This document shows, in pieces, positions 51,452-64,000 of a stretch of 64,000 nt of DNA; the stretch's first letter is position 1, and each line of letters starts with the position of its first letter. Under the pieces are notes generated by a model. It saw nothing but the letters and a program-made list of their open reading frames with translations. It was not told the origin of the DNA and did not search any database. A program made the translations under genes and the position numbers. This stretch comes from Catajapyx aquilonaris (lineage: Eukaryota). The stretch covers positions 1-64,000 of the forward strand of contig KZ537979.1 of assembly GCA_000934665.2 (NCBI GenBank), written 5' to 3'.

Positions 51452-54400
51452 GGTCAGCTGCGATCAAGTTTTATCGTGGTAGGAAGATTCTCTCTGCTTT
51501 TCCCCCCGAAGAAAGTGGGTTGATGTCCAAGTTAATTAGATCCACGGTCCGGTGATTTCAAAATGATTATGATGTAAGCTCACATGCTGCAAACCCCTCT
51601 ACACTTGGGAATTAAATGTCGCAATGCGTAATGTGTTACGGCCATATATAGGCTACAGTAAAATTACAATACTTTTTTTACCATTGTATTTCTAACACGG
51701 TCGATGAGTTTAGCTTTTTTGAGCTAGAGTTCTATAAAAAAAGGGTATTGCACAATATTTTTGCTTCTCCGACCCATGACCTCTAACGAGGTATTTTTAA
51801 AAACAGCAACATCGATATTGTTGCTCACTCGAACAAGGGAGAGCATCCCGCCCACACTGTGTTAAATGAGTGTAACTGTCATTACCGACTAATCCACAGA
51901 GTGAAATTGATTTAGCTGGTTCACATGCCGCAATAAATGTTGCCACAAGCTCAGTAAGCTAACATTTCTGATTACATAAGCACATAGGCTGTAAAATACT
52001 GTATCCTAATTTAAACTATTCCGGCGTGTTGTTCAAAACAACACATGTACAGTAAATGGCGTTACGAAGGAACAGCATCACATGTGTTTATGCTGTTGTG
52101 ACCTTTCCCTCCAATTCCAATATAGTACTCAGGCTACACAGAAGAAACTGGGTCATGACAATATACCTTACTCCACGCTTCCTATGTCTTGTATAGGTTA
52201 CGGCATACATGCAATGATAAGATTAATTTTAATAAATCACAGCAACGTGAGGTATCAAACAAAATTAGGCTCGATCCTGAGGCTGACTGAGATAGTTACC
52301 TTCCTTTAAAGACCGCTACCAATAAGAGTGTCACATGCCACGTATTTTCTTTGCCAACCACGATCGAACCTGGCGACAAATTAACGTCGCCTAACGAAGG
52401 CAAACCGCTACCTTCTCATGTTACGTGGCAGAGAAATCTGTAATTGCCATCCGCATGTAATAGGACGTATGACTCGTATTCCCTAGGAATCTAATTGCTA
52501 TTCGAAAAGCAATAAATTGGACCGATGCCTCAGGAGAATAGTGCATAAGGCCTCTCCCCCTATTCTGAAGGGCCGGGGGAATCAGAAGATCTTCCTTTTC
52601 CCCCGTCAATTTTCCGATCGATTGCCTGCTGTCTCCCTTCACTTAGCCCTAGGCATCGGATAAACAATGCAGGAACACCCTCTCCAGCCACACCCACCTT
52701 CCTCATCTTCCAGTACCCCAAACCTCATCCCTACTAATTGATGGGAATTATTTGCAAAATGACGCAACCGGGATAATTAGAAAATTTGGAATGATGGATC
52801 CAACGCAACGCAGGATGGCTCATGAGAAATTCCGGCTTTTTTTTTTCAACAATCGACCAACCATGCTGGGCCTTAATGAATTTTGAAGCCGACAACACGT
52901 GGGCCATTTTGGGAGCGTCGGATACCGTAATACACAAGTGCGGGGGAGAAAAGTTATTAGTTTTTCTTGGGTCACATTCCAGGGTGATGAACACTCCAGT
53001 GAATTATTTTTGCTTTGTAGTTGTGTAAGTGTCGCGTTATGTCTTCCAGGCAAGAAATGGTCACATAGCAACAAGTTTTACAGGCGCGATATTAAGCCAG
53101 GTCCTAATTTGAAATCAGTCTGACAGAGAGCTCTGGAGAGCGGTAATAACTCTCGTCAGCTCAATCTCAGCTACTTCTCATTTGCTTTTATTGGCAACTC
53201 TTCCCAAACGATTCCATCTCCCAGCGACAATGAAGACGACTTATGACGATCACCATAGCCACGATAATTAATCGAACTGGCAATTCCTTTTTTTAATGCC
53301 TTTAGGTCGCAAATAACTTACTCCTTATCGAGGGCGGTTACATTTAATCTGCTCTTATTTAACAATGACGACCATATCTCAGCCGTCCTTGTAGTTGGGA
53401 GCAAAAGGTCTGCCAACTTCTTTGCAATTACACAAATGGCATCAATCTTGATAACAAATGTATACGAGTTTGAGCAGAAAAGCAGGGTTTGAACGGGTAC
53501 TAAAAATCGGTGGCCTTAAAGAAATGGAAGGCATCAGATTGGGAAGAGTTCCATTTGTCCATGGGAAGAAAAGACCGCGGCTGTCAATATTCCATCCGCC
53601 ATTTCTCCGTTGCTCTATTGTTCACTCTTGAGGGATAGCTAGAGGGAACAAAAGTCGCTGACGAAATGAGTTGTAATGTCAGAACAGTAATGAGGAGGTA
53701 CTTTAATTTCGAGCAGTGGTCACAGGGTTGGTTGAGGAGCATCAGGTCTGCTTGTCTTTGGCAAACTCTCCAAGCATGCGGAATGTATCCAGCTTGAATG
53801 AGAAGGTAAAATCATTGGCAACTGCTGAAGATTTCCCCTTTGATGGCCGTTTTCTGGTGTTTTTACTGCTTGGCGCATTCTTGAAGGGGATCCCAGAATG
53901 TGCCCCCTCTCCGCTGGGGCAAAAGAATGCGGGCTGCACCATGCGCCTCATTTCTTAATTTGGTATTCCTTTCAGCGCGCGGGTAGGTCCCCAGCTGGAG
54001 TAGGCCCAAAGAAGAAAAAATAAAGAGAAGAAAAGGAGGGGGAAAAATCCTGGTCGTAGCCTTCCGCCTTTCTACATTATGCAGGCAGCGAAGGGAGCCT
54101 GATTATGAACGGGGAGAGACCTCTCGCCATTCACTCAGCCAAGTCAACAATGGTAGGAGACGCCACTGCTGCCACTCGTCTGCGCTGCCTGCACCCTACC
54201 GGCTATTTTGGGCAAAGCACGCACCCATCGGGGGTGGCCATCATCCTTCTTCTGCCACATGGAGCAACTTGCAAGCCATTGTGTACGCCAACAAACGCTG
54301 GCTGCCTGGTGTACCCACCTTGACGCAGTATATTATTAGCCAATGTTCAGTGCGGTTGTACACGGATCGCATGTTCGACTCGAATTAACCACACCTCGAG

Positions 54401-57400
54401 TAACAAGGCTGGTGGCACCGACAATAAGGGTAAGGTATCGTGGTTCGAAAACATTATACGGGGATGAAAGGCTGGCAACAATGAGGGTATTCCAGAAGCG
54501 AAATTGACTGACTGGTGTGGTCGGGCTAGAGGGCATTATGCTTCGATGACCATCAGATCGATGCCGAGGACTTGCATGGCAATTGATGGCCGTTGTTGCC
54601 ATAAGGAGGAGAGGATCCGGCGGAGGGGAAACTCTTCTGCAGCTCTTTTCTTGTTTCCCCTGCCCGCAGCTGAATTGCTTCAGACTGTTGGGTTCTCAGG
54701 ACCCCATTTACACCTAACGTGGCACGAATAAACGACTTGGCGTAAAACTCCTCGGGACAAAAAGGGGAAGGATCCTGGGATCCTGGGGAATTACATGCTA
54801 GGTACTACTGTAGGCGGTGCAGGATTTTGTCTCTCTCGGAACGTTGCAGACTCCCGGTTAATGAGCTGCTGTGCTACATTTGCATACCCTACCGGCTCTC
54901 GCTCTGTCTCGCGGGTACATCTTTTCTTTTCCTAATAACCGTGTGTGCAGTAACTGCAGTAATCACTCCCTGCTCGTACTATGTGATCCTGCGAATCCAG
55001 TTAGAACTACTGCTAGAGAAGGACTGTTGCGGGTTCTATAGCTGCCGGCTGTCATATACAGTGTAGTATTATAGCTAGGAGGAATTGATTGAATCGGCCT
55101 GTATAGTCAAGTGATCGGATGGGAAATAGCTCCTTGGAAAAGGGAAGTATTTCTCGTCCAAACGTTAATGGGATATTGACCGCGGAATCGTCGACTAGAT
55201 TAGTTGGGCCGGATTAGTCGATTAATCGTTAAGGATACCGCGATACCAAGTGGGTGAAAGCAGCAGTAGCAGCAGCGTCTCAATCGAATGACTCTAAATG
55301 AGTGTAAGAATTCACGTGCAGTAGTAGTGATTCCCTGTGACTGAATTCCAGCCAGTAGCTTCTGCTGCTAGAGCGTTACCGAGAATGGCTCCAACCGTTT
55401 TCAGAGATAGGCCTAGCACCCATTCCGCTGCGAGTAATCAGAAAGGCAAACCAAGTGCGCTCATTACAGCCCCCAACTTGATCCTTGTTAACCTGTTATG
55501 CGCACACACATCAACAGTTGAAAAAATATAGTATATGTACGAGCAACAAAGCCGCAACCCCGGAATAACGAGCCGAGGTAATCTTTTTCAGCGTAATCCT
55601 TGCTTCTCCGTAACGGTAATTTCTAAACACCACAGTCATATTTGAGAATCGGATAGTGCAGCTTAGCCAAAGGACAATATGATGATTGCTGCATTTGTTC
55701 AACTTGGGGCAGCACTACAGAAGAACCGGGGGCATATATTTTTAGACGGCGAAAAGCAGCAGAGCGACGTCATTACTGCGGTTTTAGGTCGGAAGACTTT
55801 GGATAGCAAGCCGAATTATGCGAATCCGTACAGAGTTTTCCCTTTGAAGACTGCAGTTTAGTTCCCACTTTCCTTTGACTTTTGGAAACAGAGCGTCGCC
55901 TTGGTGATGAGAGAAATGAACCGAGACTTGGCGGAGTATACACTCGACTACAGCCGAATCGTATCAATACTTGGCCTGGGCAGGCAAGAGCGATTCCAAC
56001 CCCCCCGAGTTTACTGCCCTGAAAATGGCCTGTCATTACGATTGGAAATTTGGATTCTCAAGAAGTGGAGCCCAGCTCGGCAATCTGTGCCGATTCCATC
56101 CCTGGGACTACAATAACCAGGAGTGATTTGAAGGCCATCTCACTTGGCAGAATCGTCCATCAAATCCCTTGGCAACACGAACAAAATATTATTTGTAAGC
56201 CGTCATGCATAAACCTGCACCATTTCCATCCCGGGGAGTCAGGCTTGACAAAATCGCAGCCCTGAAGCTTCCCTTATCCTATTGGAGCGTGAAGTCTGAT
56301 TTTTGCCAGCAGACTGAGACTGACTGAATATTATTTCAGAAGGAGACTGAACCCGTTTTCAGTCGGGCCTAGCCGCCATTTTGTGCGCTGCTCAAGTGCG
56401 CTCGTATGACCCTTGACAAGATACAGGTTTTCCCCCTCCCTAGCGCTTAATTATGTCCTCATTTATGGCCCATAATTATTGTGCTGCGTGGTAAAACTGG
56501 CCAGCTTTGTGCCTACCTGCTGCAACAAGTGAAGCGCGACAGCAGGCTGCGTTCAGCAAACTCTTCCTGACGACCAAGCACACGCCACTCGATATTTAAT
56601 TGACACCCATCCATAGCATCCTTTTGATCTGGCACCAAAGGTCATTGGTTATGCAGCTCAGCGCATCGTCCACCAGCATGAGGACTGGCCGCATGAAATG
56701 AATTCGTTTACGCTTTTTAACAGCCCCAAGTATTTTCCTCCCCCGACTCATATTTCATGAGTGTCTAATGTCGGAAGCGCTGCAAGCTTATCAGTCCCAT
56801 GATTTATGCCTCGTGTTTGCGGCGACCTCATAAAAAAAGGACATGGTCCAGCCATAATATGGTGCGCATCACCTGGCAGTCAAACATAGGAAGATTTCCA
56901 CAGCATCAAAGTTTGTTTCTACCATATCCAACCCTACTCACTTTTCATCTCCCATCCCAGCAGCTTGCAGTGGGCATTTTCATTTCCCGCGGTATAAATT
57001 TCTATACCAAATGGAGGTCTTAATAGGAGCCACTGTACGAGGATCCTAATTACAGTAGTATACCTGGACCTGCAAGGGGAGCCGGTGATTAATCGCCCAG
57101 CTTTTGCAAGCAGTGGACAGGTAAACATATGCAGTACAATTAATAAATAACGGATGGGACCTGATCAACGTCCGTGATTTGCAGACCGGTACAAAATTGG
57201 GCGGAAAAGGAGTGAAAGCCTGCGCTTCCCGCAACTTAATCAGTTGGGACTTATAATTAGTACACACACTCGGCGAAACGTGGCCTCAACCAGACTTTTC
57301 ATCCGGCACCGGAGCCACCGGGGGCTTGGGAATGATTATTGCCGGAATGCTTCGAGTCACGCGACTCCGGCCCAGCAATGGATGACCCATCCGGACCAAG

Positions 57401-60400
57401 CTGACCGGAGATGATACGGACCACTGACTTTTAGGAAGGTCATGCAGGTCTCCAATACAACTTCACGACAACGCTTGCTTGATTTTATTGACTACTCAAG
57501 CGGCCGGACACGGTACGATACTTGGTGTCGGGAAATGTACAGTAACTGTACCACAAAAAGCACGAACAAACACAAACTTTCGTTTGGTTGAATAAAGTAC
57601 TGCTGAGTGGTAAGACCGTAGAAATGAAATTTCCCATTTTTATAGCCTCTATTATTATAACAAAAGAAACATCAATTATGTATGGGTATAAATGTGCAGG
57701 TTGTAGCTCGTGAATGTTTAAAATCTGATTGTGCTATAGGCATGACTCAAATATTAAAATTAGTGCTACGCCGCCTATTCACGTTTTATTCTATCATAGC
57801 ACACCCTCTGATTAAAGACAAACCAAGCAGAATTCGGCTTTCCAAGTGTGTCAGTGACGCATATGGTAAACACTGCTATTTTTGCCTCGAAGTGGCCCGA
57901 GCTTCCACGCTGTTGATAGTTAAAAATAATAGTGATAGCAATTTGTAGGTTCAAAATAAATATTCACACTCCCTCCCTCCTTGGGCGTCGTAGCGGTCCT
58001 GCATACCGGAGAGGAACAACGGACTACGGATCAATGCTTGCTGAATAAATGTTTCAGGTGAGTGACAAAGGGTTCCAGGACTCAGGTACTGTACCTCTGT
58101 CCCTCTATTTCCCTCTCTCAATCGGTGCACGTACCGCAGGAGCTAGCGTATCACATAAAAAGCGAATTAAATAAGAAAACAGCTATTCTGAAAGGCGGTC
58201 AATAAGGGCAGGTTAGAGGTCTCCCCTCTTTCCTACAAAACATGGTGGACGGTAATGTAGAGGGCCAGTGTACCAGTTAAACTTTTACTACATCCTAAGG
58301 AACAGGAGAATGCTGGACTTGGGGAACATGCCAATGTCTCCATTTCCTCACTGATGGTCACTGGGCTTGTGGCATGCCTGTGCCACTTCAAAGTCACAAA
58401 ACGGACTTTTAGCGCGGTCAGTGTTTCATAGCATACGTGGTATTCGAGAGTCGGCATTACATCGGTTATCGCGACATAGGTTAGTCACGCACGTTGGGGA
58501 CACATACAACCATCGTTTTGTTGGCGGGTCAACCGGTTGAAACTTGCATTATTCTGTGGCCGGAAAATCCGGCCAAATTTGATCCCCATAGTCTGACCGG
58601 AGCCTGCAAAGTAGACGATAGTAATTTCATCCCCAATGAGAAGTTTAACGGTGCTGGGCATACGGAGAGAGCTACGTTCATTTGCGTATGATGTCCCCAG
58701 AACGGATGTGCGCGGAAGTTAGGCGCGCATGTAGGTTGGAAATACTGGGGTGTCACCTGGAGAATGGTCATACTGCAAGTGATAGTTTTATGACGCTGTT
58801 AGGGATAAGTCAGCAGTACAGTGCAGGGCAGTGCAACACCGCTATGGGTAGCTGCACATAATGCGCCATGAACTGCAAGTTTCGAAAGGCGATTTTGTGC
58901 AGGCCTCCAATGCACAAGCACTCCCAGTGTTCTCTTGCATGTGGCGCATTGGGGGGTCGGGTGGGGTCAAGGGGGGTGGGGGGGGGGGGGGTGGATCGAT
59001 TGACACTTGAGTTCTCCAGTCATGTGTCCACTTCGTACTAAATAAGCAGAGGACAGGATGGCAAGGAACGGCCAGCACATAGGCTCGTTCATGCCTCTTC
59101 TGACATAACTGACGGATCATTTATTGTCAATCACTTCCTCATCTCCAAACTAACGGCGTTTGGGGAAATTGAATCAGCCTAAGAGGAAACTAGCTTTTTC
59201 AATCCCCGAGTCAATTCATAGGGTCGGTTCGTCGGGTGGTGTGCCCTTGTTGCAACCCACTTCATTTTTAGTGGCCGTGTTTGAGTACTGTAGATCAAAG
59301 ACAAGATGCAGTTAATGCGTTAACTTTAATGGGATTTGATCGACCAAAAAGAGGTTAAGCTATGGGATCTATAGCATTATACGACACTATAAATTTTTAG
59401 TAATATTCGGAATTCCATTAACCTGTGATTAAATCTGTCGGTTGTGATATCGCAATCCTTTGATCTGTACCCTGTCTCTACTCTAGTGATGGGGACCCCC
59501 GAACCTTTGTCATTATAGACTTTGCACCTAGCTCTCCAATTAAAAAGGACAGCTAGGTGAAAGCTCCATTACGTACAAAAGTGCAGCACATGCGAAGAAC
59601 CTGCACCACATTTGCAAAAAATCAAGCCCAGCTATCCCACACGATACTGAGAAAATAACTCTTTAACTGTCCACTCTCACGCACACGACACGAATCGCCC
59701 AAAGTGACCAGCATGCATGACAAATATTCAGGGCACCGCAGTCCAACTCATTACTGCAACTACCCCAAATCTGTGCAGACATCCTCCGTACAAAAAAAAA
59801 AAAAAACCATCTCCAGCTCTTGCTGACACCAGCCCGGTACTTTTGCAACAACATGTAGACACGCTGGGAATTGTTTCCAACGAGCCAGCAATCTCGCAGG
59901 CCGGGAAATAAAAAAAAGTTAAGGCAAACTTGTGCCTTTTTTGTGCCCTGAATGGCAATCAGGGTTTGAAGCCACCACACCAGGGGTAGCAGCCATTGGT
60001 GCCATGGACTTGTTTTTGAAACCCCCGGTCCAACTTTTGCTCCCAATACGTCTGGCCGACGGTGGTGGTGGAGGGGAACAAGTGCCTCTCTATGGATGGG
60101 GGTCGTTAGATGGAGTTCTCGGGCCTAATAAGCCTAAATCCCATCCATTTCCTACCCTAAGTGCTTTTCCCCGGCTGATGTGGAGCACTTGGAACGCGCG
60201 GGCGACGCCCAAGCGCCTTCTTATTACCTCCGCCTACAAGCCAGAAAGAAGATGCCAGCTCGACTGCCAAAGCTCAATTCCAGCACCAGAGGGGACGGGG
60301 GAGAACCGGGGAGGAAGGGTGGGGGATATATATGCCGATTTCTCCAATTTCGGAGGAATATTTGAGGCAAGTTTCCCCGAGACTCAAATCTAAGCCTGAA

Positions 60401-62296
60401 TATTCCCCCTTGCTACTTGTGCCAGATTATCGTGACTGCATGAGAAAACCCCCTCTCTCTCCCACCTCCTTGATTCTCCTCCGTCCCCTTATTTCACTTC
60501 CTCCATGGCGTCAAGAGAGAGACGGAGGGAAAATACATGGTCTCACCTGCTGCTGCAATAATTCAAGGCGAATGTCTTCTTTTCCGTCCACATTTTTCTT
60601 ATTGCTCATTAAAACAGGGGGGCAGATTTTCATTACTGCAGGGTGTTGCTTGTAACTTGTTTGGGTAGATATCTTCATTACTGGCGGTTCAGCCTGAAGC
60701 AAGTCGCACGTACACAACAGCCTGGAGATATATTCACACCTTTCTTAGCCGCGGGTATAAATTATTATTGATCATTTATAATTATTACTCATCAATTCTT
60801 TATCCGCTAACTCCTCAAGGATTATTGGCGATTTTCTCCCAAAATTTCAGGAAGACGTCACTCACAAACAGGTTGGATAAACCAGACTTGAAGCACCATC
60901 TTGGGTTATCAACACTCAGCATAATTGCACCGGATCCATGGGGATTTCAGCTGAATATTATTTGACAAAGCCTGTTATTTAGGATGTAACCTGCTTAAAA
61001 CTTTGATGGAGGCAAGTATTTGTCTGGAAGCCGCTGGAACCGCATTCAGTTGGAAGCGCACCTCTCTTCTGCAGATTCCTGGATTCCCCGGAATTTCGCC
61101 TCCCGAATGATTCCAATCGAGTATTTGACTCCTAGTTTGCAAATGCCCCGAGTCACTGAATCTAATCCTTGTTTTCATCATGCATGACGACGGTTAACCA
61201 GTTGAACAGCCTTACAGTCTTTTGTATTAAAAATCTCTGGAATTTCCACCAGTGACAGCGCGCTTATACGACATTTCCATTCAATAATTTCGGTGCTTGA
61301 AGGAAAGAGTGAAGCATGTAAAAAATACATTCCGTTTTAATGCTATATTAGACATTGAAATGATCAAGTTCCTCGGAGATGTCTACTTCAACTGCAAACT
61401 TGAAAACAACCGAATATATAACTCCTCCAACTCTCCATCTACAGTATATACTGTAAAAGAGTTGTTGACATACTAGGTTATTCTATTTGCTGAAACGGCA
61501 CATTCACCATAGCTCAGATACTTGTTGGTTAAATCTGGCACATAAACATAATCCAAAGCGCGGTAAAATATACAGTATAAGACAGTCGGATATACGGCAA
61601 AGGCACGTTCACTCTCTAGCTTGAACACAAAGTTGTCACACAATCCTCCGCGCATATTGCGACTTCTTATTTACTGCTATCTCCGCATTTGTGATCCCAA
61701 ACAGAAGCGAGAAGAAAAAAGGGACAAGGCGTGGATTCAATTTCCTGCCAAGGACCTGGCATTGGATGCGGAGACCTCCCCTCACAAAAACGCCAATAAA
61801 GAATCGTTTAAGATCGCTCCGAACCATAAGTAAGCGAACATAAATAATTCCGAAAATGGAACCAGGCTCAAGTTTTTCCCTGCATGTTTGATGAAACTCC
61901 CCCGTTTTTCAAACACACGAGTTTATTGGCGCATTTTTACTCGTGCTGGACCCCCTCCCCCTCCCCCCATATACAGCTCCGTTTATGTCTATCATTCGAC
62001 TCTCCAGACATTTCCGGAGCTCTACGAGCTGCCAAGACGGGGCTCGGACTGCTTCATATCCCCCTGTAATGTGAATCCCCGTCCAGCAACACACATAGGA
62101 CGTTTCAAGAAGGTGGGCAGTGATCATCAGTCACGTTTTCCCATCGTTTTCATAGCCATAGAGTATTAGAAATGGAGCCGGGTGAAAGTGACATAAAATG
62201 AAGGTGCAACCGGGAGCTGTACAAAGCGGGGTCCAAAGCCGTTCCGGGAGGCAAGCTGCATGCGGCCATAGCAAATGGCGATGAAAGGCACACGGG

Positions 62297-62297
<1 letters not shown>

Positions 62298-62338
<41 letters not shown>

Positions 62339-62625
62339 NNNNNNNNNNNNNNNNNNNNNNNNNNNNNNNNNNNNNNNNNNNNNNNNNNNNNNNNNNNNNN
62401 NNNNNNNNNNNNNNNNNNNNNNNNNNNNNNNNNNNNNNNNNNNNNNNNNNNNNNNNNNNNNNNNNNNNNNNNNNNNNNNNNNNNNNNNNNNNNNNNNNNN
62501 NNNNNNNNNNNNNNNNNNNNNNNNNNNNNNNNNNNNNNNNNNNNNNNNNNNNNNNNNNNNNNNNNNNNNNNNNNNNNNNNNNNNNNNNNNNNNNNNNNNN
62601 NNNNNNNNNNNNNGGGGGGGGGGGG
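62298..62625. other. Assembly gap (N 62339-62613) flanked by poly-C and poly-G
   Basis: C run 62298-62338, Ns, then G run 62614-62625. Confidence 0.95.
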
Positions 62626-64000
62626 AAGGTGTCATCAGTGCAGAGTGGGGTTGAAAGCTTTTTTACCAGCTGGAGTACAGTGGGGGCATACGTGGAAGAG
62701 AACAGTGAAAATATTTTAACTCGGAAGAAGGATTTCTCCGGCTCTTTGGCGCATACCAAGGGAAAATGGCTGGCCGAAGCTCTTTGTAGATATTCTGGTG
62801 TGGAAGAGTAGAAAGGGCATCAGGTTGTATAATTAATCGATTCCACGCTTCCAACCTCCAGATGGGATAGAATAGAATCCGGCTGACAGAAAAGTTGCCA
62901 CAGCCACGGCGGTGTCGGCAGTTCCTTCTAATGGAACCTGATGTGAAGTGAGCCGTACTGAAGGACTTTTGGCCAAAGTGTTCCCCGATCCAAATTCAAT
63001 GTCTTGCCGAACGCCCGCCAGCGGTTCCAAACTCGACTGTGAGCATACACCTAGTTCGAGCTCAGTTCGACCGATAAGGAGCTTGCCACCATCAAGGGCT
63101 AATGCTATGAACAACAGTCCATTTCTGGCAAAGGTCGGGATTGGTTCCATTCTGCTCATTTTTTTTGCAAACTTTCAGGCCTACTATCTGATAATTTAGC
63201 TATTTAGTTCATGTTCACTGCAGAGAAGAGAAACAAGTATATTTTTTGGACGCAAGCAACAAAATGTTTCAACTATACTGTCAAAAGCCCCTAGTGATTG
63301 TTTTGTACATATTAAAAGTTTGAAGAGCGAAAAGGTTTTGCCCTGTGTAGACTTGCAAAAATGCGTATGCTGAATGAGCAGAACGAGCCGACCAACCGGG
63401 GGGGTGGTGTCATTAGCAGGATTCCCATATAGGTACAGTACATAGCTGTGTGTAACTCTTGCCTTTTGCTGGTGTGCCCGCGAGATTCCCGGGACTCCAT
63501 CTCCTGTCATTTCCACAGCGGTTACCCAACTGTAGCGTACAAGTTTACCTGCAACGGGGGCCAGCTTCATATAAAACCGCGTGGCTTTGTTGGTGGAGGG
63601 CACTTTCAATCATCCAGGTGGATTTGACTTTCCATTACGGGATTTCACCGATGATATCGTTAGTTGGAGGCTATGTTTCTGGGAGGCACGTAATGGGGCT
63701 GTCGCTTTACACACATTTTCTGCATATACATATTTTTTATACCCTTGTCCCTCTGATCAACTCGATATAATCCGGTCGACAAATTCAAAGTGAAACAGCG
63801 AACCAGCAGAGAGACGCAATCCAGCCACAGTCAACCACACCGCAGGTAGTGTGTGCACCGTGAAACTATGGCAACAACCCCTAATCCAACCATCGCCATT
63901 TTGACTTCCCTTGCTGTGCACCGCTTGGGGAAACACATTCAACGCATTTCTTGCCCAGACACAACGTCAAACACGAAGGCCTATACAGTATAACATATAG

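Noticed and set aside
7281..55870. Scattered Su(H)-like TTCCCAC/GTGGGAA sites
   Set aside because: Few, unclustered and compatible with chance in 64 kb.
36000..64000. Numerous 60-180 aa ORFs, including the poly-Y ORF at 51364 and poly-P/G/X ORFs at 62150-62811
   Set aside because: No recognisable domains; several are artefacts of microsatellites or the N gap.
1..64000. CRISPR array, rRNA, intact tRNA or operon-like prokaryotic system
   Set aside because: No regularly spaced direct repeats with unique spacers and no intact RNA gene seen; the DNA is intron-rich eukaryotic sequence.

Overview
Eukaryotic (arthropod-like) genomic DNA, not prokaryotic. The main feature is a minus-strand kirre/roughest (Neph1/KIRREL family) Ig-superfamily adhesion gene. 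Nine coding exons at 35722-11947 splice in phase with canonical GT-AG sites into a 738-aa protein (signal peptide, 5 Ig domains, TM helix, cytoplasmic tail ending in the PDZ ligand THV). Its upstream exon and promoter were not identified, so 35.7-64 kb appears to be a long intron or regulatory region. Downstream of kirre, on the opposite strand, is an intronless, divergent, apparently frameshifted Mediator subunit MED30 copy (8002-8630). The first ~7.5 kb is a transposon graveyard rich in inverted repeats: an internally deleted Helitron with an intact 3' end, several MITE-like elements, a tRNA-derived SINE, and a palindromic mariner-like element built from two 5' ends inserted (TA duplication) into a palindromic element built from two 3' ends. 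TA-CAG-TA/TA-CTG-TA heptamers, the expected Tc1/mariner excision scar, look over-represented and are sometimes fused to TA-GCC-TA/TA-GGC-TA. Two compact intronic hairpins are candidate structured RNAs. I found no convincing new protein-coding system; most short ORFs in the track look spurious. All counts and alignments were done by eye.
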